48,460 bases of DNA from Pirellulales bacterium. GTDB lineage: Bacteria; Planctomycetota; Planctomycetia; Pirellulales; JAGQOS01. The stretch spans positions 1-48,460 of the forward strand of contig JANQPJ010000087.1 in the NCBI GenBank assembly GCA_028289525.1, read 5' to 3'. This document shows, piece by piece, positions 8,279 to 16,403 of this stretch. The notes below the pieces were generated by a model. It had not been told where the DNA came from and did no database searches. It saw nothing but the letters and a program-made list of their open reading frames with translations. The translations under genes and the position numbers were made by a program. Position 1 is the stretch's first letter. Each line of letters starts with the position of its first letter.

Positions 8279-9421
8279 TCAATGAGCTACTGCGCTGATC
8301 ATATCGAACATGGGGAGATAAATGGCGAGTAGAATCACGCTGATCGCGGCGGCCAACGAGATGGTGAGCACTGGCTCAATGGTGCCGACCATCAGGCTAG
8401 TTTTGCGTTCAATCTCGCGTTGCAGGTGGTCTCGAATATGTCGGGTTACCTTGGGCATGTTGCCGGTTTGTTCGCCGACAATCACCAGTTGGCTGACGAC
8501 CGGAGGGAACAGGTCGCCGTTGTTTTCTAGTTCGCGGCTAAAGCGTTCGCCGCGCATCACGGCTTGTTCAAGGCCTTTGACCGCTTGACGCACGACCCGA
8601 TTGCCGATCGAGTCGGCGCAGGCTCCAAGGGCTTCGGCTAGCATAAAGCCGGCTTCCATCAGGTTGCCCAACACGTCCATCAATTGCAGCACCGCCAGGT
8701 CGCGTAGCCAGTGTCCCAGCATCGGCACTCGTAGCAGCCAGCAATCCATCGTGTAGGCTGCCTGAGGGATAGCCCGTAATTGTTTGATCGCCAGGAGCCC
8801 AGTTGCCCCCACGAGTAGTACGATCCAATAGTATTGTGAGGCGAACTTGCCGATGCCGATCATTAGTTGGGTCACGAAGGGCAGAGGGACTCCAGCGTCA
8901 GCATAGGTCTCTTCAAACACCGGCACGACAAAGATCAACATGAACGCGACCACGCCGCTGCCGAGAATCATCAACACCAGCGGATAGGCCAGTTTTTTCA
9001 CGACTAGTGACCGCAGAGCGTTCATCTTCTCTTGTTGCTCGGTCACATGAGCGAGCGTTTCGGCCAGGGTGCCTGCCCGTTCGCCAACCCGAATCTGGTT
9101 GACCATCAGCGTGTGAAAGGTGTCGGGGAATTGAGCCAAGGCCCCGCTAAAACTTTCGCCGGTTTCTACGCGTTGGCGAATGGCGTCAAGAATGTGGGCA
9201 TATTTGGCCAACGTCTTCTCGCGACCAATGGCCAGTAGTGCCTTGGGCAACGAGACGCCGTTGTCGATCAGCGTGGCCAGATTGCGAAGGATAAAAGCCA
9301 GGTCGGTCTGTTTAATGGCGTTAGCCTTTTCGCCGCCAGCATTTCTGCGCAATCGCTCCAACAGCGAGCCCAGGCTGCTGGACACAGGCGATTTCAGGTT
9401 TTGTGTGGTGGAGAACGACAT
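8279..9421 (-). CDS. GspF/PilC-family inner-membrane platform protein, cluster A
   Basis: 380 aa. Duplicated GspF-type repeat (ILRNLATLIDNGVSLPKAL / LMDVLGNLMEAGFMLAEAL). TM segments. C-terminal IEPVLTISLAAAISVILLAIYLPMF. Confidence 0.9.
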   Translation of the reverse strand: MSFSTTQNLKSPVSSSLGSLLERLRRNAGGEKANAIKQTDLAFILRNLATLIDNGVSLPKALLAIGREKTLAKYAHILDAIRQRVETGESFSGALAQFPDTFHTLMVNQIRVGERAGTLAETLAHVTEQQEKMNALRSLVVKKLAYPLVLMILGSGVVAFMLIFVVPVFEETYADAGVPLPFVTQLMIGIGKFASQYYWIVLLVGATGLLAIKQLRAIPQAAYTMDCWLLRVPMLGHWLRDLAVLQLMDVLGNLMEAGFMLAEALGACADSIGNRVVRQAVKGLEQAVMRGERFSRELENNGDLFPPVVSQLVIVGEQTGNMPKVTRHIRDHLQREIERKTSLMVGTIEPVLTISLAAAISVILLAIYLPMFDMISAVAH

Positions 9422-9496
9422 GGCGTATCTTGGTCGAAGGTCGAGAGTCTAGGGTCAAGAGCACATGCTAGCGCATGCCTTAGACTCTCGGTCTTC

Positions 9497-11185
9497 TTAG
9501 CTCGATATTTTGTAAAAAACTTCTTCAATCGTGGTTTGGCCGGAGTAGACTTTTTCCAGGCCAGCTTGGGCCAGGTCGACCATGCCGGCGGCTGTCGCGA
9601 TTTCGCGGAGCTTGGTCGCTGGCACGCCTCGTTCGATGGCTTCGGCCAGCTCAGGCGTCACGGTCATGATTTCGTAAATCGGCAGTCGACCGGAGTAACC
9701 GCTGCCGAGACATTTTTTACAGCCTCGACCGTGGAAGAAAACAACGTCTTCCGGCAGCTGACGGTCTTTGGTCAGGGCTCCCAACAGTGGCTCATTCGGT
9801 TCGACCGGTTCTTTGCATTCTTCGCAGATCGACCGGAGCAGACGCTGGGCCACTGAACCCAGGAGAGCTCCGGCGATTTTAAACGGATCGAGCCCTAGGT
9901 CGTTCAGTCGCGCCACGGCTCCGATGGCGTCGTTGGTATGCAAGGTGCTGATGAGCAAATGCCCGGTCAACGCGGCCTGAACGGCAGTGCCGGCCGTTTC
10001 ATGGTCGCGAATTTCGCCCACCATGATCACGTCGGGGTCTTGCCGCATGATGTATTTCAAGGCATTTGCAAACCCAAGCCCGTGTTCATTGTCCGAACCC
10101 ACTTGGTTGATGCCAGGCAACCGGTATTCGACCGGGTCTTCGACCGTCACAATATTTCGTCGCACAGAGTTCAGCCTGGAAAGCACCGAGTACATGGTGG
10201 TGCTCTTGCCTGAGCCGGTCGGTCCGGTGACGACGATCATGCCATACGGCTTGTCGATGAGCTTTTGCAACTGTTCGCGATCGCGTTGGCCCATTCCGAG
10301 ATGGTCGAGGTCGAAGACCTTGTTGCCTTCGTCCAATAGTCGCATGACGACTTTTTCGCCAGCGACCGTGGGAATGGTGCTCACGCGGAAACTGGCCTTG
10401 GTGTCGGCTTCCTGAACCGACAGGTGGCCATCTTGTGGACGCCGGTTCTCGGTCGTATCCATGTCGCCCATCACCTTGATTCGGGCAACCACGGCCTCTT
10501 CGATGTGCGAAGGGATGGTCATTACCGCTTGCAGCTCGCCGTCGACCCGATAGCGAACCCGCATCTCAGGCGTGTGTGGTTCGAGATGAATATCGCTGGC
10601 GTTGGCGTTGATCGCACCGGTCAAGATTGCACGGACCAGCCGTACCACCGGGGCGTCGTGCTCCTCTGGCACTTCTGCCTCGACCACCTCTTCCAGCAAA
10701 TCTTCGGCCTTCTTGAGGTCGGCCATCTTCATGTCGACAATTGTCTGGCGGGCGACAATCCGGTCGTCAAACCCTCGATCGAGTGCCGTGAGCACTTCGT
10801 GTTCCAAGGCCACTACCGGCTCGATGTGATAGCCGGTGATCAGTTCAGCTTCGGAAATCGTCTCGATGTCGTCGGGTGCAACCATGGCCAGTTGCAATTG
10901 GGCGCCATGCACGTCGACCGGCACCACTGCCCGCTCGCGGGCCAGATCTTCCGGCAGCAGGCGGACAAATTGAGGGTTGATCGCCTGGGGCACGATTTCC
11001 TGAAACGGTACTTCATATTGTTCGGCCAGCGCCTCGCCCAATTGGGCCACGGTGATTAGGCCTCGGCGCAGCAAAACAACGCCCAGCATGCCCCGTTCGG
11101 TGCCTTGGGCTTTGATGGCCGCTTCCACCTGACTTTCGGTCAAGTGGCCGTTGCGCACTAGGATGTCGCCTAATCGTCCTGCCAT
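9497..11185 (-). CDS. GspE/PilB/MshE-family secretion ATPase, cluster A
   Basis: 562 aa. Walker A GPTGSGKSTT, Asp box, Walker B/His box (DPDVIMVGEIRD..TGHLLISTLHTND), tetra-Cys (CEECK..CKKC), and an N-terminal MshEN-like motif pair. Confidence 0.95.
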   Translation of the reverse strand: MAGRLGDILVRNGHLTESQVEAAIKAQGTERGMLGVVLLRRGLITVAQLGEALAEQYEVPFQEIVPQAINPQFVRLLPEDLARERAVVPVDVHGAQLQLAMVAPDDIETISEAELITGYHIEPVVALEHEVLTALDRGFDDRIVARQTIVDMKMADLKKAEDLLEEVVEAEVPEEHDAPVVRLVRAILTGAINANASDIHLEPHTPEMRVRYRVDGELQAVMTIPSHIEEAVVARIKVMGDMDTTENRRPQDGHLSVQEADTKASFRVSTIPTVAGEKVVMRLLDEGNKVFDLDHLGMGQRDREQLQKLIDKPYGMIVVTGPTGSGKSTTMYSVLSRLNSVRRNIVTVEDPVEYRLPGINQVGSDNEHGLGFANALKYIMRQDPDVIMVGEIRDHETAGTAVQAALTGHLLISTLHTNDAIGAVARLNDLGLDPFKIAGALLGSVAQRLLRSICEECKEPVEPNEPLLGALTKDRQLPEDVVFFHGRGCKKCLGSGYSGRLPIYEIMTVTPELAEAIERGVPATKLREIATAAGMVDLAQAGLEKVYSGQTTIEEVFYKISS

Positions 11186-11248
11186 GTTGGATTTCTGATT
11201 TGGGATTTAGGGTTTAGGGTTTAGGGTTTGACGCGCTGGCGCGTTGTT
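11186..11248 (-). repeat. leader element filling the RR-A/gspE-A spacer
   Basis: Minus-sense sequence: acgcgccagcgcgtcaaaccctaaaccctaaaccctaaatcccaaatcagaaatccaac, then ATG. Includes (TTTAGGG)x3 on the plus strand. No SD sequence. Confidence 0.85.
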
Positions 11249-11635
11249 TTAGGTCTCGACGGCTACCGTCAGGTGCTCGATTTTGGATTCGAGATTGGCC
11301 GGGTCGTAAGGGGTAACCAGGTAGTCGTTGGCACCGGCCGTGTACGCTCGCTGGACGCCTTCAAGTTCGGCGTTGGTTGAAAAGACGAGCACCGGAACCT
11401 GGCTGGTGCGTGGCTCGTTGCTCAGCCGGTTCAGCAGTTCTAGCCCTTCGTTTCCGCACAGGGCCAGGTCGAGAATGATCACGTTCGGCAAGTTGGTTTC
11501 CAGATGCGCAAACGCCTCTTCGGCCGAGGTGACCGTGGCGACTTCGTAGCCCAATAGTTCCAACCGGAAGGCGGTAATTTGGGCCAACGTTGGTTCGTCT
11601 TCGATCAGCAGGATATGGAGGGAGTCGTGAGCCAT
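11249..11635 (-). CDS. receiver-only response regulator (CheY-like), first gene of cluster A
   Basis: 128 aa with IEDEP, IILDLAL and VFST motifs. The conserved Lys position reads DYLVTPYD, i.e. Thr instead of Lys. No output domain. Confidence 0.85.
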   Translation of the reverse strand: MAHDSLHILLIEDEPTLAQITAFRLELLGYEVATVTSAEEAFAHLETNLPNVIILDLALCGNEGLELLNRLSNEPRTSQVPVLVFSTNAELEGVQRAYTAGANDYLVTPYDPANLESKIEHLTVAVET

Positions 11636-11679
11636 CGAGATCGTCTCTGCGTTTTTGCGGAACTACACGCTGCGTTCCA

Positions 11680-11707
11680 AACGTAGCTTTGAAACAGCAT
11701 GTGTCAA
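11680..11707 (-). promoter_or_regulatory. candidate sigma70-type promoter of cluster A (TTGACA-N16-TACGTT)
   Basis: On the minus strand: TTGACA (11707..11702), 16-nt spacer, TACGTT (11685..11680). About 45 nt upstream of the RR-A ATG. Sequence match only. Confidence 0.3.
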
Positions 11708-11759
11708 AAACGCCTCAACGATTTGTGACAACAGCCCGAATAATCGTCACGACCCCTAT

Positions 11760-11858
11760 GGATTTCTGATTTGGGATTTGACGCGCGCTAACGCGTTTCT
11801 TCTGTCTTGAAAGTTGCTAGCTATGCGTCAGCGCGTCAGATTTCCAATCAGAAATTCC
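11760..11858. repeat. inverted pair of the leader-type element
   Basis: 11760..11796 is ggatttctgatttgggatttgacgcgcgctaacgcgt. 11825..11858 is gcgtcagcgcgtcagatttccaatcagaaattcc. The two are mutually reverse-complementary at about 80 percent by eye. Confidence 0.8.
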
Positions 11859-11865
11859 AAATTGC

Positions 11866-11904
11866 AAATAAAAAAGCCGCCGGCATCGCTTGGATGCCGG
11901 CGGC
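11866..11904 (-). terminator. rho-independent terminator of the Cys-rich protein gene
   Basis: Perfect 12-bp stem GCCGCCGGCATC / GATGCCGGCGGC with a 5-nt loop. On the minus strand it is followed by TTTTTTATTT. Lies 72 nt after the stop at 11977. Confidence 0.85.
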
Positions 11905-11976
11905 CATGCGGTCTTCACGCCCACCATACCCGCCTTCAAGGACTGGATTGTGAAGACAATCTAACTCTTCACTCCC

Positions 11977-12627
11977 CTAGCGGCTAAGCGGCCACTTGAG
12001 CAGTGCTTTCTTGCTGGCAACTCCGCTTTTAGCAGGCGAAGTTCCCTCGAACGAAGCGGTCTGGATCGGTTTGTCGCCCAGATATTCCTTATATTGCTTG
12101 CGTTCGGCATCGGTCAACTCGTAGGTATCGCCCAATTTGGCGCCAGCGGGAGCTGCTTTTACGCAGCAGTTGTCTTGATTGCATCCGCAAGCATCGACAA
12201 CTTCCCACTTGTAGCTTGGCACCTCTTTGACGGCTTCATATTTGACGAGCTTCTTGCGGGTACGCATCGTCGCACAACCCGGAATCCACTCGGTCCACTT
12301 GATGCAGCAGCTGGGGGCATGCCCACAGCAATCCGTATCGCAGCCGCAATCGCCAACCGACTCACAGTGCGTGCAGCCCCGTTCGCTACGCCCGGGAACG
12401 CAGAAGTCTTCGCATTTGCAGCCGTAGCAAATCGTCTTGACCTTTTTGGTCGTGCAGACCAGCTTGCAAACTTTTCCGCTGCCGCAATCGTTGTCACAGC
12501 AGCCGTCTCCACAGCAATCGTTGGCGCAAGCGGCCCCGGCATCACAGCCACAGCTTTGGGCCAGCGCCACCGGCGCCATCATTCCGCAGATGGCAAATGC
12601 CAATAGTAGCATCTTAGTTTTCATCAT
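11977..12627 (-). CDS. secreted, extremely cysteine-rich protein (about 27 Cys in the mature part)
   Basis: ORF 11977..12651. The ATG at 12627/12624 is preceded by GGAGGG. Signal peptide MKTKMLLLAFAICGMMAPVALAQ. CxC/CC-rich N-terminal part (SCGCDAGAACANDCCGDGCCDNDCG..). Lys-rich C-terminus. Confidence 0.75.
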   Translation of the reverse strand: MMKTKMLLLAFAICGMMAPVALAQSCGCDAGAACANDCCGDGCCDNDCGSGKVCKLVCTTKKVKTICYGCKCEDFCVPGRSERGCTHCESVGDCGCDTDCCGHAPSCCIKWTEWIPGCATMRTRKKLVKYEAVKEVPSYKWEVVDACGCNQDNCCVKAAPAGAKLGDTYELTDAERKQYKEYLGDKPIQTASFEGTSPAKSGVASKKALLKWPLSR

Positions 12628-12747
12628 GCCCTCCATGATGTTGAAGCACATTATTTGGTATTAGCTTTTCGTAATCACGCGAAGTGGAAAGATTGGCTGA
12701 ACAGCTGAGCGTACCCGCCCCGATTGACGGGCACGCCAGAGGCTGCC

Positions 12748-14112
12748 TTACCAATCCACCTGCCAACGAAGTCCGTAGATGTTGGCATGATGCTCGGCTC
12801 CACTGGTCAACAAGATGTCTTCTTGCACCCAGTTGAACTGAATCCGCGAGTGTGGATTCAGGTACCAGTTGATACCCAAAGTCACGCCGTCGATGTACCC
12901 GTTGTTTGGATCCGGGCCACCAGCGTTCAGGTCGACGTACGAGTAGCGAGCGGCAAGTTCCCAAGCACCACGACCACGGCAGATGCCGTCGGCGGTCGAG
13001 ACGCTGAAGAAGTTTTCGAACGGTTTTACCCGATCAAAGGTCTTGGACGATCGCTTGTAACCACGATTCTCGCCAGTCAGGAAGTACGAACCTTGGATGA
13101 AACCACCGTTGTAGTTCAGCCCGTCATCGGTATCGACGAAGTAGAACTCCGTGGTCATCGAGGCAGGCCCCCAAATCGTGGCGGCTTCGACCTGATACAA
13201 GTTCCAGCTGCGGTTCGCGGCCACGGCGCCGACGTTCGGGCGTTGGCGACCTAGTTCGGAAGTCGTCGAGAAATCGGCCAAGCTAGCCGAACGACGACGG
13301 CTGAACGCACCACCGACATGCACGACATAGCGTCCGTCGGACGGTTCGTCGTAGATCGGCGTGGCGGCCACGCGGGAAGTAAACACCCAGTCACCAGCAT
13401 CGCGAAGATCGGTTCCGCCACCCGACGGCGAATCATCACTGTCGCCACGGAACGTACCAATGAACCACGAGACGTTCTCGTTCTCGAACAGATAGTCATG
13501 GGCCATGATCCCGAAGTTACGGCTGGGCACGAATGCGGCAACCGAGCGGGCCTGTTCCATGAAGGTATCGAAGCGGCTGCTCGTCAGCTCTTCGATCGAG
13601 ACCGGTTCCTTGAAGTGACCAGCACGCACTTTGGCGTAGGGCAGCTGGTCGATTTCGACGTAGACGTCCTTGAAGTCGACTTCCGTACCTTCAAACTCTA
13701 CTTCGAACTTGTACTTCATGTTCTCGTAGACCTTGCCTTCGATCCCGATTCGGGCAGTATCAAAGCCCGTTTCGTTCTGGCGGTCTTGGAGCGTATTGTC
13801 GTCGAACATGATGTGGTCAAAGAACGCACGGCCACGCAGCTTGTGGTTCTTCTTCTTCTGAATGTCGATTTCTTTCAAGCCGCCACTCTTTTCGACCTCA
13901 TCGGCGTCGAGATTGTTGGAGTAAGAGACTCCATCGACTGGCAGCCGGTAGACTTTGCTACGCAATTGCTGCAATTCGCCTTCGTAACGATCGAGCCGTT
14001 GCGAAAGTTGCTGAACGTTGGACCCTTGGTCCGTAACATACTGGGCGTTGACCGTAGCGATTCCCAACCAGGGAAGCATCGCCGCCAGCGCCGCGACAAT
14101 GTGAATCTTCAT
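12748..14112 (-). CDS. outer-membrane porin, phosphate-selective porin O/P (OprP)-like
   Basis: ORF 12748..14121. The ATG at 14112 has GGAGG 8 nt upstream. Signal peptide MKIHIVAALAAMLPWLGIATVNAQ. N-terminal coiled coil. Alternating beta-strand pattern. C-terminal aromatic end GLRWQVDW. Confidence 0.7.
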   Translation of the reverse strand: MKIHIVAALAAMLPWLGIATVNAQYVTDQGSNVQQLSQRLDRYEGELQQLRSKVYRLPVDGVSYSNNLDADEVEKSGGLKEIDIQKKKNHKLRGRAFFDHIMFDDNTLQDRQNETGFDTARIGIEGKVYENMKYKFEVEFEGTEVDFKDVYVEIDQLPYAKVRAGHFKEPVSIEELTSSRFDTFMEQARSVAAFVPSRNFGIMAHDYLFENENVSWFIGTFRGDSDDSPSGGGTDLRDAGDWVFTSRVAATPIYDEPSDGRYVVHVGGAFSRRRSASLADFSTTSELGRQRPNVGAVAANRSWNLYQVEAATIWGPASMTTEFYFVDTDDGLNYNGGFIQGSYFLTGENRGYKRSSKTFDRVKPFENFFSVSTADGICRGRGAWELAARYSYVDLNAGGPDPNNGYIDGVTLGINWYLNPHSRIQFNWVQEDILLTSGAEHHANIYGLRWQVDW

Positions 14113-14637
14113 TCGTTTCACCTCCGTGCGAATGGTAATTGCCTATTCCGTAGCGAGTGGCGTCCGGTGGAACCTCGTGTTCCTAAACCGACTGCCTGCT
14201 CTTCAAACCTCAGTCTCCTCCTTGTGTCGGATAGCTGTTTGAGTGGTAGGTGTATTGGATCGCGTTGATCATCCTCGCCAAGAGCAACGGAACATAAGCA
14301 GCAACCGGTCGGCTACATCGGGTAGTGCTCGGTCGTGGCCAGGATGGTTGTGGTAGGAGGCCGAGGAAGCGTCGGCTAACCTGTGGGGTAATCTTGCGAT
14401 TACCGAATGACAAGTCAGGCGTCGACCATGGCCGTCTGACCCTTTACATCGGCCTGGCGGGAGAGCCCCGATTATTAAGAAACACCCCGTTTCAGGGGCT
14501 TTTTCCCGGGAAATGTCAAGCTGTTCCGGTTGTGCCGGATGCTCCACTGGTGCCAAACGCAACTGCTGAAAAGGCGAGCCGGTCAGTCAAGGTTTGCCGG
14601 TTGGGAGAACATGGCCGATCGCCTGGGAGTGGGGTGA

Positions 14638-15078
14638 TTAGCTGTCGGGTTGCGGACGGTCCACAGAGCCTGATTGGCCGGCCATGGTCTCGACGCCGGC
14701 CACTGGTAACAAATAGCGTTTGACACGTTCTAGGGTGCGCGGCCCGATGCCTGGCACTCGGGTTAGGTCGGTATGGTCGCAAAACGGTCCCTCACGGTGC
14801 CGCGATTCGACAATTCGCCGGGCCATGGTTTCCCCAATGCCAGGCAACAGGGCCAGCTCGGGCCATGCGGCCTGATTCAAGTCGAGTTGAAAACGAGCCC
14901 GCTGTGCCGGGGGACGCTCGATTTCGATCAACTCTCCTCGATGCCCGCCGTGGGCTAGCCAATAGGCCGCCGTGGCCACCAAGGCCAGCAAGGTGACTGT
15001 TCCCAAAGCCGTGCGGTCGACCAATTGGGCCCAGAGCAGGTGGGTGCCTGGGGGCTTAGGATTGTCGGGTGGGACCAT
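14638..15078 (-). CDS. comEA: ComEA-like helix-hairpin-helix DNA-binding protein
   Basis: 146 aa. N-terminal TM. Tandem HhH (LDLNQAAWPELALLPGIGETMARRIVESR..LTRVPGIGPRTLERVKRYL). Confidence 0.8.
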   Translation of the reverse strand: MVPPDNPKPPGTHLLWAQLVDRTALGTVTLLALVATAAYWLAHGGHRGELIEIERPPAQRARFQLDLNQAAWPELALLPGIGETMARRIVESRHREGPFCDHTDLTRVPGIGPRTLERVKRYLLPVAGVETMAGQSGSVDRPQPDS

Positions 15079-15206
15079 CGGTTAAAGCAAATTTGTGAGG
15101 ATCGATATCGCTTATTCGAGAAATCGCACGTTGTGAGATTATCGCATTGATTGCCAGGGAATTCCAGCGGGGATAGGCGAACAAGAGAACTGCGAATTCA
15201 TGCTTT

Positions 15207-15285
15207 AAAAAGAGCAGCGATCGGTGGTCGAAGCGCGAAATCAAGCAATCTAGCCGTTTCGCGCTTCGGCCACCGGCCGTTGCTG
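15207..15285. repeat. REP-like element, inverted pair
   Basis: aaaaagagcagcgatcggtggtcgaagcgcgaaa, 15-nt spacer, gtttcgcgcttcggccaccggccgttgctg. Located in the comEA/nadC divergent spacer. Confidence 0.9.
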
Positions 15286-15378
15286 TTGCCTGGAAAGAGA
15301 CCGGTTTGGACTTGAACATTCATCACCGCACGGTAGAACGGCGGTGGAAACACCTCCTGTGTGTAGGAAAGGTCTGCA

Positions 15379-16281
15379 ATGCCTGACGACTTCGACCAGT
15401 TGGAGTGGGATGCCGTATTGGAAAACGATTGCCGGCAATTGATCCGGTTAGCGGTGCGCGAAGACCTGGGGCGAAGCCAAGATTGGACGACCAATGCCTT
15501 GGTGCCACACGACGCTTTGGGCAGCGCGGCGGTGGTTGTCCGACAACCAGGAGTTGTGGCAGGCATGCCGGTCGTACAAGCGGTCGTCGACGAAATGGCT
15601 CCCAGCGTGAAGTTGGAGGTCTTCATCGACGATGGCAGCCAGGTGGAACCAGGGGTGACGGTTGCCCAATTGAGCGGGCCGGCTCGCGATTTGCTCACTA
15701 GTGAACGGATTATGTTAAATTTTTTGAGCCGTCTGTCTGGCGTGGCCACGCTCACCGCAGCCTATGTGGCCGCGTGTGAGGGGACGGGGGCCGCCGTCTA
15801 CGACACTCGCAAAACAACGCCCGGTTGGCGACGGCTGGAAAAATATGCGGTCCGCCAGGCCGGAGGGCGGAACCACCGGCTAGGGCTCTTCGACGCGGTG
15901 CTAATCAAGGACAATCATCTGGCGTTTGCCCACGGTGAGGCCGATACATCGCCGGGGGAAGCGGTACGTCGGGCACGCCAATTCCTGGCCCAACAGGAAA
16001 GCGACGCGATGGTTGAGATCGAAGTCGACACCCTCGAGCAACTTCAGATGGTGCTGCCTGTTGGCCCCGATGTGGTGCTGCTCGACAACATGCCGCCGGA
16101 GACGTTGTGCCAAGCGGTGGCGATGCGCAATCAGCTTGGCCCCCAGGTGCAATTGGAAGCCTCAGGCGGGGTCAATCTCGACACGATTCGGACAATCGCC
16201 GAGACGGGGGTCGAGCGTATTAGCGTGGGCGCGCTCACCCATTCGGCGATTAGCCTCGACTTCGGGTTGGACTGGTTGTAG
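15379..16281 (+). CDS. nadC: nicotinate-nucleotide diphosphorylase (carboxylating), quinolinate phosphoribosyltransferase
   Basis: 300 aa. TRKTTPGWRRLEKYAVRQAGGRNHRLGLFDAVLIKDNH closely matches the NadC signature. Confidence 0.9.
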   Translation: MPDDFDQLEWDAVLENDCRQLIRLAVREDLGRSQDWTTNALVPHDALGSAAVVVRQPGVVAGMPVVQAVVDEMAPSVKLEVFIDDGSQVEPGVTVAQLSGPARDLLTSERIMLNFLSRLSGVATLTAAYVAACEGTGAAVYDTRKTTPGWRRLEKYAVRQAGGRNHRLGLFDAVLIKDNHLAFAHGEADTSPGEAVRRARQFLAQQESDAMVEIEVDTLEQLQMVLPVGPDVVLLDNMPPETLCQAVAMRNQLGPQVQLEASGGVNLDTIRTIAETGVERISVGALTHSAISLDFGLDWL

Positions 16282-16303
16282 CGATTGTTCAGGTAAGCTT
16301 CGA

Positions 16304-16331
16304 TTGACACCTCTTGAGCACGGCGTATCGT
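16304..16331 (+). promoter_or_regulatory. candidate sigma70-type promoter of cluster B (TTGACA-N16-TATCGT)
   Basis: TTGACA at 16304..16309 and TATCGT at 16326..16331. About 70 nt upstream of the first pilin ATG. Sequence match only. Confidence 0.3.
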
Positions 16332-16403
16332 TTCAATAAAGCTTCTTGTGGATGTGTAAACGCTAGCCGCGATGCAATGTATTACCGGACAATTGGCCAT
16401 TGG

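Noticed and set aside
11205-11228. Three tandem TTTAGGG units, identical to the plant-type telomere repeat.
   Set aside because: There are only three units, inside an operon spacer of a bacterial-type gene cluster. They form the expanded middle part of the conserved leader element (CCCTAAA on the sense strand), not a chromosome end.
14351-14380. GGAGGCCGAGGAAGCGTCGGC, resembling the SRP RNA domain IV sequence (GGUCCGGAAGGAAGCAGCC).
   Set aside because: No GNRA-closed helix 8 can be drawn at that position, and the flanks do not pair. The similarity is superficial.
14325-14723. A 132-aa ORF in the porin/comEA spacer.
   Set aside because: It is Arg/Gly/Pro-rich, has no RBS, and runs antisense into the comEA 3' end. 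It looks like chance reading-frame openness.
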